Shown here: one piece after another, positions 1 to 16,552 of the stretch
How the letters are laid out: each line of letters opens with the position of its first letter
How positions within the stretch are numbered: the stretch's first letter is position 1
Made by a program: the position numbers and the translations under genes
Origin: Eledone cirrhosa
Lineage: Eukaryota
Assembly (NCBI GenBank): GCA_964016885.1
Contig: CAXHJY010000748.1
Location: 1-25,982, forward strand
Direction: 5' to 3'
Length of the DNA stretch: 25,982 bases
Notes under the pieces: generated by a model
The model's database searches: none
The model's input: only the letters and a program-made list of their open reading frames with translations
What the model was told of the DNA's origin: nothing

Positions 1-1319
<1,319 letters not shown>

Positions 1320-1390
1320 TATATTTATATAATATATATCATCATCATCATCATCATTTTACGTCCGCTTTTCCCTGCTTGCCAGGAAAA
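1320..1390 (-). mobile_element. 3' tail fragment of an RTE-LINE or RTE-tailed SINE with (ATG)n tail
   Basis: catcatcat-tttt-acgtccgcttttccctgcttgc matches the RTE 3' end at ~16553-16590 and, in reverse complement, the SINE tail at ~18005-18058. Confidence 0.7.
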
Positions 1391-1911
1391 AAAACAAAAG
1401 TGTATTTACAGTTTTGCTTGACCAGCTGTAGTATAGCAGCCAACCCCCTTATCCAACCACTGTCGCCTTAGAAAGGGAAGGACAGGGGTAATGTTCTGCC
1501 ACCCACGTATATTTATGGCTGGAACGCCTTTCACCAGTCGGAACTGTGATGTGGCTATAACAAGTAAATAACAACTAATTGTTGTTCACATCTCGTTAGC
1601 CCTAGGTCAGCCCTGGCCAGGCTGACCTAACGTTAAAGATGTTCCGGCCACAACTATCCAATATTTTTTTTTTTTTTTTTTTGTATGTCTAAGATTACAT
1701 TATGCAAAATGTCCTTTATTATTGTTATTTTTTCAAAACGGCAGTTCTTGTATTATTTAAATCCTGCGGTGGACTGGCGTCCTGTTCAGGGGGAAGTTTT
1801 CTCGGTTGTTTAATACCGATTAAACCGGGATAAGGTCCGGCCTGATGATCCTCCGGGTAGACTTTTTAAAAATAATTTTAAAACTTTATTATAAATCTGT
1901 TTTCACGTGTT

Positions 1912-2045
1912 AGAGTGGCAGAATGGTTAGAGCCGTGCGGTATTTCGGCTTCTGTCTACGGTCTGAGTTCAAATCTCGCCGAAGTCAACTTTACCTTTCA
2001 TCCTTTCGGAGATCGATAATATAAAGAACTACAAGTGAAATACTG
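1912..2045 (+). mobile_element. tRNA-derived SINE with Meta-domain-like core
   Basis: A-box-like TGGCAGAATGG (1916-1926) and B-box GTTCAAATC (1967-1975), then cctttcatcctttcggagatcgataa resembling the MetaSINE central domain. Homologous to minus-strand copies at ~4683-4800 and 15672-15801. Confidence 0.75.
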
Positions 2046-2874
2046 TGACATAGAAGCTTTTTTTTGTGTTTATAAAAAGTTCTGACGACTTCAACATTAA
2101 ATTATTTTAAAAAATTTGTTTTATAATATCTAATCAAGCAATTTTGTTTATTCAAAGATTTTTCGGGGGAGACTATTTATTTCTTAATAAACTCTTCGAA
2201 TTTCTAATTGTTGTTTCCACCGAACTGTTTAATAACAGACAAGAAGAATTGAATTAGTTATACAAATATTCTATAGCAGATTTGAAACACCTGCTGTATG
2301 TTGGAGACCTGCTCTGAGACAGCAGTGAAGCTCAACAAAAGCGCTTCCATTCCTTCCATGAAATGGTTAATTAAAAAAAAGTTTATTGAAGGAAATTCAA
2401 TGAAACTGGGTGGGGTGGGCAGGTTTATATAAATGTTTGTTGTATAATATTGATAGAACAACAATAATGAATAAATATTAACATTCAATATAATTATAAT
2501 AATAAACCTTAAATTATTCCAGAATATCGATATTAGGTGATGTTAAGTGATATGTTAATAGTCTGTGTTATTGTTAGTATTGTTTGTGGTCTGTATGTAT
2601 TTGTTGCAACCCATTGTACCCCCATACCTGTGTAGTGGTGAGGGAACCTCAGCAGTTTGACTGTACAGGCAGTAGCGTGTTGCTTTGTGTGGGAAGAACT
2701 AATATATATATATATATGTATCAGATAGGGTGTGGTAAAAACCAGCTAGACTCTCACCCGCCAGAGTACTCGATACTTGAGTTCGGATCTAGCTGTCGAA
2801 ATAGCCGGAGCTCAGCCGTCAGGGTCCTGAATGTTTATATATGTGTGCGTATGTGTGTAAAAGGTAAATAGAAA

Positions 2875-3016
2875 CGATGAGGTGCTGAAAAGTTCCTGAC
2901 TTTGCGTAAAAAAAATACAGGAGGATTAGTTAATTTTCACACACTTATTGCAGCAGTCCTACTTGCGCTGTAAAGGTAACAGCTATACCCTTAAAGCCAG
3001 GAACTTATCAACATCC

Positions 3017-3020
<4 letters not shown>
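2875..3020. mobile_element. Mariner-derived MITE (~145 bp)
   Basis: Left end ggtgctgaaaagttcctgacttt and right end aaagccaggaacttatcaacatcc are imperfect inverted repeats. They resemble the mariner TIR at 23495 (cgaggtgtgtcagaaaagttccagg). The right end abuts (TA)n. Confidence 0.7.
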
Positions 3021-3051
<31 letters not shown>

Positions 3052-3431
3052 AAAATATTAACAAAAATAGCACTCAATACATATGAGCTAAGTATAAGTT
3101 TTATTTTCTGAAGAAAAAGGTGGCAATGACTTCAGAGTTTTGGCAGCGATTCAGTCTTATTCTGACCTCGTTAGCAAAACAGAACCTTCAGCATAGTTTC
3201 TAAAGTAGTGATTAATAAATGAACCACAAGGTGAATGTACAAAATTATACATTTGTTAACATAGGAAAATAGAAAACACAACTGAACATTTGACTCATTA
3301 GATGTACGTGTAAGTGGCTAAGCATTCCACACACACACACACTTGTACCTTTAACATTATTCTCAAGCTAATATATATATATATATATATATATGAAAAG
3401 GGAGTAAGGTTCTATACAAAACGGGGGTTAT

Positions 3432-3805
3432 AGAGAAAAGATGGAATTGGAAATAGCACGGAAAATATATTTGAGGATCTGTTTTTTTCTTTCTTCTTTG
3501 ATTCATCAAAGTGACATTACAATATTTCATTATTGTAGACATATCATCAGCTGGAACCTTTTTTGTTTTTGTTGGTGGGTAAGAATTAATTGATCTTTTG
3601 GTCTCTCTCTTAACGAAGCCAGTGAAGTTTTCTTGGTTCCTGCCTAGTGCCTGTGTGTTTCTTACCCACCAATAAAAACAAAAAGGGTTCCAACTAATGA
3701 TGTCTGCAATAATGAAATATTGTAATGTCACTTTGACGAATCAAAGAAGGAAAAACAGATCTGTAAATATATTTTCTGTGGTATTTCCAATATTCCACCT
3801 TCTCT
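3432..3805. repeat. Long inverted repeat / foldback (arms ~3432-3585 and ~3659-3805, spacer ~73 nt), probably a MITE
   Basis: For example tcaaagtgacattacaatatttcattattg in the left arm is the exact reverse complement of caataatgaaatattgtaatgtcactttga in the right arm; the match continues across both arms with small indels. Confidence 0.92.
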
Positions 3806-4374
3806 GCTGAATCCAGCACTTTGTTGTTCTAAGCCCAAGTAGCCCTATCAAGCCTATTTCAAGCCAACAGAAAAATCCCAGAACTTGTAATGTGAGCTGT
3901 GAATAAATAATCCTGACCAGTTTTTATTCAGTAGTTTTCGAAGAAATACAGCGTTATAAACAAAATTTAAAGAGTAGTTGAGGTTGATGAAATTTAACCT
4001 GGTAAAACTAGCTGTCTGATGAAAGGGAACAATGTGTGAAAAGGTTTAAAAAGCCTTTAATCTGTTACTGCTAAGCCTGAGTAATACTGAACTAGTGTCA
4101 CCACTGATGATGTAGAAATGGCTTTGTGGTTAAGAAGTTAGCTTTGCAGTTATGAGATGTGGTGCATCTCATAGTATATGCCAATATATTTTACATATAT
4201 ATTATTCAATGTTATTACATGGATAGGCTAGTGAAGTAGTGCAGTCATCGTTGTGCAGTCATCAGTTTTGATATCCATAACAGAGTTCAATAAATATAAT
4301 GGTTTCTCATTTAGGTACAAGGCCAACAATTTGGGAGGCGAAAATTGATTAAATCAATTCCAGTCCATTGTAAA

Positions 4375-4560
4375 CACTCCTTCCAGCAGGTCCTGTCAGA
4401 AGCAACCATCTCCAATTTATCCAGCTGGATCCCCAAGCGAGATCAGCCAAGCTCATGGATGTTATCCAACCATCTTGTTCTGGGTCTCCTGCCAGTTGGT
4501 TTTGCCTGCAAAATCTGTCCAGTGATTTTCCTAAGACACTCTAACCACATGCCCATAGTA
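4375..4560 (-). mobile_element. Degenerate 3' fragment of an RTE-clade LINE
   Basis: Minus-strand translation ILQAKPTGRRPRTRWLDNI resembles the RTE C-terminal GRPxxRWxD motif. Confidence 0.6.
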
Positions 4561-4682
4561 TTGGAGTTGTGATCTCTCAATTCAGAGAATGGTAAAGCTA
4601 ACTGGCAATATTTGAACTCGGGATGTAACCCTATGCCACAAAGCAGGTTGTCTGACGCTCTCCTGCAGAATTTAATAATAAT

Positions 4683-4800
4683 TGTTTCTACTTTTGGCAC
4701 AAGGCCAGCAATTACCCCAGTGTATTACTGGTACTTTATTTACCCCCCCCCCCCGTAAATATGAAAGGCAAAGTTAACCTTGGTGGGATTTGAACCCAAA
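4683..4800 (-). mobile_element. Meta-domain-like SINE fragment
   Basis: gtttctacttttggcacaaggccagc...ctggtacttt...tgaaaggc...aagttaacct...gatttgaaccca is collinear with 15676-15786. Confidence 0.75.
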
Positions 4801-4824
4801 TAATAATAATAATTAATTCATCAA

Positions 4825-5080
4825 TTAATGTGTAAATGGCTAAGTATTCCACTGACACGTGTACCTTTAATGTAATTCTCAGGGAGATTCAGCATGTGTA
4901 ACAAAGCTGGGCCATTTTAATTATAGGTACAGTCCATCTGATGGGGTTCCACAGAGTTCTTGTCAACCCAATATCTCTCTAAAAGCTTGGGTGGACACTT
5001 GATCCCAAGATATCACATGGTGGAATCAAACCCAGAACCTCACTGTTGTAAAGGGAACTTCTTAACCCTTTGGCCAACCA
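4825..5080 (-). mobile_element. Degenerate SINE fragments
   Basis: 4825-4885 matches 3302-3366 (tggctaag..ttccac...gtacctttaa...ttctca). 5020-5076 reads as a decayed tRNA-like head on the minus strand. Confidence 0.5.
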
Positions 5081-5474
5081 ACTATCATGCCAATAGGTGG
5101 AGGACATTGAACCACTGGGCTTGTAATAGCTGTTGTTGTTGTTGTTATGACAGGTTATACTTTAAACCAGTGACTTGTAATAGCCGTTGTTGTTGTTGTT
5201 GGCAGGTCATACTCTTAGCAAGTCATCACATGTTTTGTCAGAAAAATTAATTTTAAAAAATGTTTCAAACATAAAAATAAAATTAGAATTAAAAATGTTT
5301 TCATCATCTATCATTAAAAATTATTTATTACTTCGCTGTTTTTAGTTCTAATTTAAAAGTATAATTTAAGTCCCTCTCTTTCTCTCTCTCTGACCCTCTG
5401 TCTCTGCCTGTCAGTCTATCTCCTTCACTTCCTTCCCATATGCATGTTAACTAAACATATTTGTACATCTAGTC

Positions 5475-5670
5475 ACACCACTACAACCACTAACATTGGT
5501 ACTACAACCACTTCCACCATCACTACAAATACCATCACCACCACTATCATGAAACCCAACACCATCATCACTACAAACACCACCACTACCACAACCACTA
5601 CCACTACTACCATCACAACCACCAGCACTGCAAACACCACCACCATCACTATTAACACCACCATCAACAA
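5475..5670. repeat. Imperfect (ACC/ACT/ATC)n trinucleotide microsatellite
   Basis: Runs of accacc/actacc/accatc; generates the spurious poly-Thr, poly-Val and Gly-rich ORFs. Confidence 0.9.
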
Positions 5671-5806
5671 CTCTTGCTGTCACATGATAAACCAAATGTC
5701 TAGAGAATTAGTGTCATAGTTGTTGACGTCCTTCTACCAACAGTGATAACAGATTATAGAAACAGCCCCACCTTCATTTTATCAGTGGGGGAATGTAGTA
5801 GGATGG

Positions 5807-5840
5807 TGCACCCTCCACGATCTTTATCTAGGAGTGTGCA
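5807..5840. promoter_or_regulatory. Pair of convergent metal-response-element core matches (TGCRCNC)
   Basis: TGCACCC at 5807-5813 (+) and GTGTGCA at 5834-5840 (TGCACAC on -), ~7.5 kb upstream of metallothionein exon 2. Short motif that may occur by chance. Confidence 0.25.
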
Positions 5841-6137
5841 TGTATGTGTTGTAGTAGGATAAGGCAACTAGGTGACATCAAGGGGAGGGGGACAGATAAA
5901 ATAAGACCAGTTAAGTACTGCAGAGGGTGGGTTCAGATTAAAACTACTTCATCACCACTGCCTCTTCAAGTCTTTGTATATCATCATCATTATCATTTTA
6001 TAAAGCTTTCAATGCTGGCATGGTTTCTATGGCTGGATGCCCCTCCTAGTGGAAAATCATACCACCACCACCACCACCACTGACAACCCCTATAGGACTA
6101 GTGTCACAATAAAGCTCACTCAGTACACCTTATAAAG

Positions 6138-6481
6138 CAGTGGTTGCCAACCTTTCAAACTTCAAATTATTATTTGAAATGCTGCAGACCACTAATATGA
6201 ATTTTTTTTTTTAAAAGATAAATACATTTGTAAAATAATGATCAGAGAACCTCCATTCTATTAAACAATACTGAAACGTTTGTGTGCCCTATTATTGATA
6301 GATGATACAATATGTATAAAATTCTTTCATGGATGTTAGTTTTTTACTGAGGAGAAACATTTTTTAGGGGTGTTATAACATATATTTTAACCGAATATTA
6401 TTTTTGTTTTATTATTAATAAAACATAAAAATTGCAAATAATGTCAGAATTTTTCAGTAGACCACCAGCTGGCAACTGCTG
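6138..6481. mobile_element. hAT-superfamily non-autonomous element (MITE, 344 bp)
   Basis: Imperfect TIRs CAGTGGTTGCCAACC / AGCTGGCAACTGCTG, with an 8-bp target duplication TTATAAAG (6130-6137) / TTGTAAAG (6482-6489). Confidence 0.8.
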
Positions 6482-6724
6482 TTGTAAAGTAGTTGATTTA
6501 GGTCAGGCTTCTAGCTATAGAAACCTGATCTGTAGTCTTCCCAGTCTCTGTACCACACACAACATGAAGTCTTTATCAAGGTCACAACACCATCTTGAGC
6601 CCAGCCCCCTAACCACTAGGCCACGCACCTCCACTACAGGTTTGCATCAACTCTTTTGTTACCACATTTTTAATAAAATGGGTTCTATTTCAATTAGTAT
6701 ATGAAGAATTTTGAAGGATTTACT

Positions 6725-7050
6725 GGCTCAGCTCTCATCAAGGGTTACCAGAAACTTAAGGATACTTGGATTCAAAGCAATCCACTCGACCCTCTTCCTG
6801 CTCTCATCAATGCACCTCTGCCTTTGATTTCCATTGAGCACCTTGGGAACAAACTTTGCGCATGTTCAAATTGTTTAGCAATCGTCAAGAGATGCACGAT
6901 GGTCCTCGTCCAGAAATGTGCAAATTTTGTCGACCAACTTCGACGTCCTGCTATCCCTCTCTCTGACCTTCCACAGGTTTCGCCAACTTCAAGGTCCTGA
7001 TGTCCCCCTCCCTCACCTCTTCCACAGGTTTCACCAACTTTAAATACCGC
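6725..7050 (-). pseudogene. Old mariner transposase fragment
   Basis: Manual minus-strand translation: KLVDKICTFLDEDHR...CAKFVPKVLNGNQRQRCIDESRKRVEWIALNPSILKFLVTLDES*. This aligns with CAKMVPKLLNDDQKGRR...VITGDESW of the 24058-24615 transposase. In-frame stops present. Confidence 0.8.
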
Positions 7051-7059
7051 ACTCCTCTT

Positions 7060-7850
7060 CTCTTTACTTGACCGTACCAGTACAATAATCTGTCTCTTGC
7101 ATGCTACATTTAATTCCTCTTATACTCTCAGTTCACTTGTGTTCTCTTGTTCATATATACTAACATTACATATCCAGTGAAGCATGCATGCTTCATTTCT
7201 TTTTAGCTGCTGTAGATCTTCTACAATCAAAACCAATATCTTGCCTCCATACAGTAGAGCAGTTTCAACAAACATCTCTTCATTCTGAAAGCGAAGCCTT
7301 TTGTTGCCAGCAAAGATAACAGCTCCATGAACTTCTTCCACCTTATCATCACTCTGGCTACAATACTTTCACCATATCCACCTCCACTGTTAATAAGGTC
7401 TTCAAGATATTAAAAGCTCTCTACTACTTCTAGTGAGCCTTCTCAATATTTAAGAGTTTATTTCCTGAGTACTCATACTGTTGAAAACTACTGTGCCTCT
7501 CACATATGAAGTCTACTTTCTCTGCCAGCCTAGCTGTAATCCCACTACATCTCTTGTGTAACCACTGTTCACACTGGGTACATGGCATAGTTTCTACCTA
7601 CTCCTTTTCTGTATATTGAGCAAGACCATTTCCCTGATGGTTGCAGAATCCTATCCTAATAAAGACCTTAGCCTTCGCTAAGTTTACTTTGAGTCTCTTT
7701 GATTCCAGATTTTGTTTGTATGTCTGGGGCTTCTTCTTAGCTCTTCTACAGTTTCAGCTGTGAGGGATCGATCATTGGCATGTAGGAGTTCCCATAGACA
7801 TCCAGTCTTAAATTTCTCTGTTTTGACTTATTTGGCTATAATGAACAGGC
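7060..7850 (-). mobile_element. Decayed RTE-clade LINE fragment (end of RT to C-terminal region)
   Basis: Minus-strand motifs WELLHAND (decayed YADD), KWSCSIYRKGVGRN..CTQCEQWLHKRCSG and EDLQQLKRNEACMLHWICNV. Homologous to 16553-17510 and 18080-18690. Confidence 0.85.
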
Positions 7851-8296
7851 TTTTTATCTAAACTCACTAATCATTAATAACTGGTCTTAGGTGGTACATT
7901 CTTCCTCAGGGAAAGTTTTAGCATTTATAAACATCTACCTCCTTTATTTTCTTGTGAGAATAAAGTCAATCTTGTTTGATCACCCACCAATCAGACAAAT
8001 AAACAAAGGCCTGACTGGCTGGCTGGTTGGTTTTCTGAAGTTTTTCTTACAGATTGTCATTTGCATCACAAAAATATCTTTTTATTGCTCTTCCACTCTG
8101 CACCACCGTACACAATTTGGTGGGCTGGTCATGATTGGACCTTGAAGCCTTAGGTAGTGCTTTTTGTTGTGTATGAGCATAAATAATATATCGGCTGTCA
8201 TACCAGATTGAGCACTGTTTTCCTTTTTCACATTCACTGATTTTTTTTTACTATATATATATATATCATTGTTTTTACATCTGCTTTTCCACACTT

Positions 8297-13270
<4,974 letters not shown>

Positions 13271-13297
13271 TGTATGATTATATTTTATTTGTTGCAG

Positions 13298-13417
13298 GAG
13301 GTAAATGTGCTTGCACTACATCCTGTAAAACTGGTAAATGTGACAATTCAGGATGTAAATGTGGTGCTAATTGTAAATGTAAGGACTGTAAAGGAGAGAA
13401 GTGCAAATGTGCTGAGG
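13298..13417 (+). CDS. Metallothionein-like protein, internal coding exon (120 nt, phase 1-1): [x]GKCACTTSCKTGKCDNSGCKCGANCKCKDCKGEKCKCAE[G]
   Basis: Acceptor ttttatttgttgcAG ends at 13297 and donor G|GTAAGT starts at 13418. The open frame has 11 Cys, including four CxC motifs, is Lys/Gly-rich and has no aromatic residues. Confidence 0.93.
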
Positions 13418-14185
13418 GTAAGTGACACCATAGTACTATTTTATCATATCACTGTGGGTTCCGTTACATTGGTCAGACATCAGCCACTGACCAGCACACC
13501 CAGTCCCCCCCTACCCAAACCATTGATCCTCTCAAACTCTCACCCTGCTCATGTCTTTCCAAAAGGAATAGACTTGCATCAGGTTAAGCAGAACATTGAT
13601 GGCATTGTTCTCTTCAGTCATGGGTGGTTTAAGACTGTCAACATCACCTTTTCATCTAGGGGTGGGGGAACATTTTTAATTTGAAGAGCCATCTTTAGCT
13701 ATAAAATAATAATTGATTCTGATTTAGACACAAGGCCAACAATTTTGGGGTGAGAGGAAAGTCAATTAAATCGAGCGCATTACTAGTACGCTGTTTTATC
13801 TACCACGTAATGATGAAAAACAAAGTTAATCTTGGCAGAAATAATAACAATAATTAAGACTACTGGAGCCACATAATTTATCAACAAAATAACAAGGAAA
13901 CATGAACTGAACCAAGTTTTCCTTATCTGAAACTGCTTCAATGTCTGAGTCATATGTTATGGCTTTTATTTGAATACAAGATTTAGAGCACCCAAGTGTC
14001 ACTTGAGATAGAGTAAAATCTCACAAGTGGCACTAACCCTATAAGTTCCCATCCTCTGCTCTAGATGAACATCTGGTTCTTTCCCTGTTGGTTTCCATCC
14101 ACTGCTCCAGATGTACATAAAAAAAAATAACTTCTACAAAGGAAATGTAATAAATTTAGTAATGTCCCCATTTTGTCTTTTTCAG
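13418..14185 (+). other. GT-AG intron (768 nt) of the metallothionein-like gene
   Basis: GTAAGT donor and ttttgtctttttcAG acceptor; phases match (G+GT = Gly). Contains a decayed minus-strand SINE at ~13725-13840. Confidence 0.9.
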
Positions 14186-14247
14186 GTGATTGTAAATGTG
14201 ACTCTAGTTGTTGTAAGCATGGCTCAGAGAAGAGTTGCTGCAAGTAG
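14186..14247 (+). CDS. Metallothionein-like protein, terminal coding exon: [G]DCKCDSSCCKHGSEKSCCK*
   Basis: In frame with the previous exon; 6 Cys (one CxC, two CC); TAG at 14245-14247. Confidence 0.93.
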
Positions 14248-14343
14248 AGAGATTTCAACTTGATGTTGTTGTTTACTTCATCCCTCTTATGTCTTCAGTT
14301 GACTAACCAATTAATAATAATTTATAAAATTGGCCTCAATACT

Positions 14344-14410
14344 AATAAAATGGATTAAAAATCAATGTCTTGTTTAACTCTTTCTTCACCTTCACTATAT
14401 TTCTAATAAA
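14344..14410 (+). terminator. Polyadenylation signals of the metallothionein-like gene
   Basis: AATAAA at 14344-14349, ~100 nt after the stop and followed by a T/GT-rich stretch; second AATAAA at 14405-14410. Confidence 0.65.
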
Positions 14411-14719
14411 GGACACACTGCCTTTCATCTATATATACATTTCTGCAAATCTGTCATGTGTAAAAAGAGTAGTTTGACTATCTCTTACTACTCCTCTCTC
14501 TTTACATTTGAAAATGTATGTGTGAATGTATGTCTGAGTGTATTTTTGTGTGTCTGTTTGCATGTTTATATTTATATACTCATAGATATAAATGTATGCA
14601 CATAAACAAACATATGCGTCACCATGTTGAAAAAATTCCTAGTTTTGAAATAATTTTAAAAATAATTGAGAATTTGGAGAGAGTAATATAACTAACTTTC
14701 ATTTTAGAACATAACTTAA

Positions 14720-14940
14720 CCCTTTAGCATTTACATTACTCTATATATACTATTATATTTCCACAGTAAACACTTTATCTCGCATAATTATGTCAAATAA
14801 TATTGAATCTATGAGATTTTGATATTATTTATTTTGAGAACAATACCTTAACATAAGTATGAGCAGACAGATACAGCTGGTTTGAACAAAAAGAGGTGAG
14901 AGAATTCTGGCCAGATATAGCAGGTTTAAATGCTAAAGGG
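14720..14940. mobile_element. piggyBac-type (TTAA) MITE, 221 bp
   Basis: Perfect 14-bp TIR CCCTTTAGCATTTA / TAAATGCTAAAGGG, flanked by TTAA (14716-14719) and TTGA (14941-14944). Confidence 0.8.
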
Positions 14941-15054
14941 TTGAAGGTTCTTCCATAAAATTATGACTGAAGGTCTTTAGATAAATATAATTTTTTCTTA
15001 CTTAACCTCACCCTAAATGAGTATAAGAAGCCTAAACTACCAATGACAAAAACT

Positions 15055-15202
15055 TTACCTATCTCATATAATATCAAATCTATGAGATTTTGATATTATT
15101 TATTTTGAGAACAATAACTTAACATCAGTATGAGCAGTCAGTTACAGCTGGTTTGAACAGAAAGAGGTGAAAGAATTCTGGCCGGATACTGCTGGTTTAA
15201 AT
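15055..15202 (+). repeat. Direct partial duplicate of the adjacent MITE interior (~14775-14931)
   Basis: aatctatgagattttgatattatttattttgagaacaata...acagctggtttgaaca...agaggtga...gaattctggcc is present in both copies. Confidence 0.88.
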
Positions 15203-15671
15203 TACATTTAACCATGGTCAGTTTCAGGCAGATTGCTATCAAAAGAATTAACCCTTCACTATATTTCTAATGAAATACACCACAGCCATGGACTCAATCG
15301 ATCACCCAATATACCACAAACATCCTGCTCATGGCTGCTTTCAGCAGGCATTTGGGCCAGGTCTCTGGTTTAGCTTTTAAAGTCCCTTACCACATTAGTA
15401 AGGCATATATGAAGCAACAATATGACTGTCAATTCTAACTTCATGCTAATACTGCAAATATTCAGATGCCCTACCCATGCTAGCTTGTAAGATAGACATT
15501 AAACAATGAGGATGATCACAATGATTGCTATATTTTATAGTATATTTGTAAAATATACTATAAAAGGTTAGTACAAAACAACTCAATGACTTCATCACAT
15601 TAAAACTTAGCCTTTACTCTAATATTGCAAATTTTCACAACATCCTGCCCATTACTAAAGATACTATAAAC

Positions 15672-15801
15672 TGGAGTTTCTACTTTTGGCACAAGGCCAG
15701 CGATTACCCCAGTGCACCACTGGTACTTTATTTTATCGACCTCGTAAGGATGAAAGGCCAAGTTAACCTCGGCGGATTTGAACCCAGAACGCAAAGGGCC
15801 A
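15672..15801 (-). mobile_element. 5'-truncated Meta-domain-like SINE with 16-bp target-site duplication
   Basis: The minus strand has B-box GGGTTCAAATCC and cctttcatccttacgaggtcgataaaataaagtaccag. Flanked by identical TAAAGATACTATAAAC at 15656-15671 and 15802-15817. Confidence 0.88.
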
Positions 15802-16282
15802 TAAAGATACTATAAACATTTATTATAATCAGTATTAAGACTGTCACATTAAAACTTAACCTTTATTCTAATATTGCAAATTTTTGCAATAAGCAATTTG
15901 TCCTCTACTCAAGATACAATAAACATTTTAATTAACAAACCTGTTTTTAGATATTTTCTGCTAAATCATTTGAGGATGTTAAGGGTTAAAGAAAATGTCT
16001 ATTCCTTTCCCACTGAAATGAGGTGATGGGTGGGGTTCTTCACCTCTTAACAAACACATCAGACCATTGATGATAACATGAAGATAAGACGATAAAAACT
16101 AAAGAAAAAGGAACAGCAATGAGATATAATTACCATTAAATTACCATAAATAATTATCATTAAGTTGAATAATGAATTCAAAACAGTATTTTGCTGATTA
16201 ACTTTTCTTAGGATATTGTAATTATCATATATTTATATATCATCATTTAACATCCGCTTTGCCTGCTAACAAGGGTTAATTA

Positions 16283-16320
<38 letters not shown>

Positions 16321-16552
16321 TAATATAATATGAATGTATATAAGTATATATATATATATATATAGGGTAAAGACTCACTTTGGTAATAAATTACCATGTG
16401 TTTTGTGCCTAGAAAGTCCCCTCCTGAGGTGCAAGTCCAGGCTAGGTTGTTTATGGAAGACCAGCAGTTGCCCATGCATACCAGTCTCCCCTCTCCATGT
16501 CACCGATGTCCAAAGGAAATGCAACGTCTGATACAACTCTGTACATATATAT

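Noticed and set aside
1842-1860. CTGATGA as another hammerhead core
   Set aside because: No downstream stem II/GAAA arrangement; lies in a SINE-like remnant.
3219-3236. ATGAACCACAAG|GTGAAT as MT exon 1
   Set aside because: Phase 0 donor; the MT exon requires phase 1.
4960-5250. Cys-rich ORF (CCCCC) as a second metallothionein
   Set aside because: Cys runs come from (TGT)n microsatellites within a short duplication and SINE remnants; aromatic-rich and no splice support.
5444-5719. Mucin-like poly-Thr, poly-Val and Gly-rich ORFs
   Set aside because: Trinucleotide microsatellite; no signal peptide or convincing splice sites.
13274-13684. 136-aa ORF overlapping the MT exon
   Set aside because: Wrong frame; it runs across the acceptor and donor into intron. 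The Cys-rich frame bounded by splice sites explains the region.
14061-14258. Minus-strand 65-aa ORF
   Set aside because: Antisense shadow of the terminal MT exon.
14720-15930. Direct repeats as a CRISPR-like array
   Set aside because: Only two long diverged units each, no regular repeat-spacer structure, eukaryotic context.
16366-16530. GC-richer island as an RTE 5' end with an HDV-like ribozyme
   Set aside because: Looks like a dispersed repeat fragment, but I could not build the nested double pseudoknot by eye.
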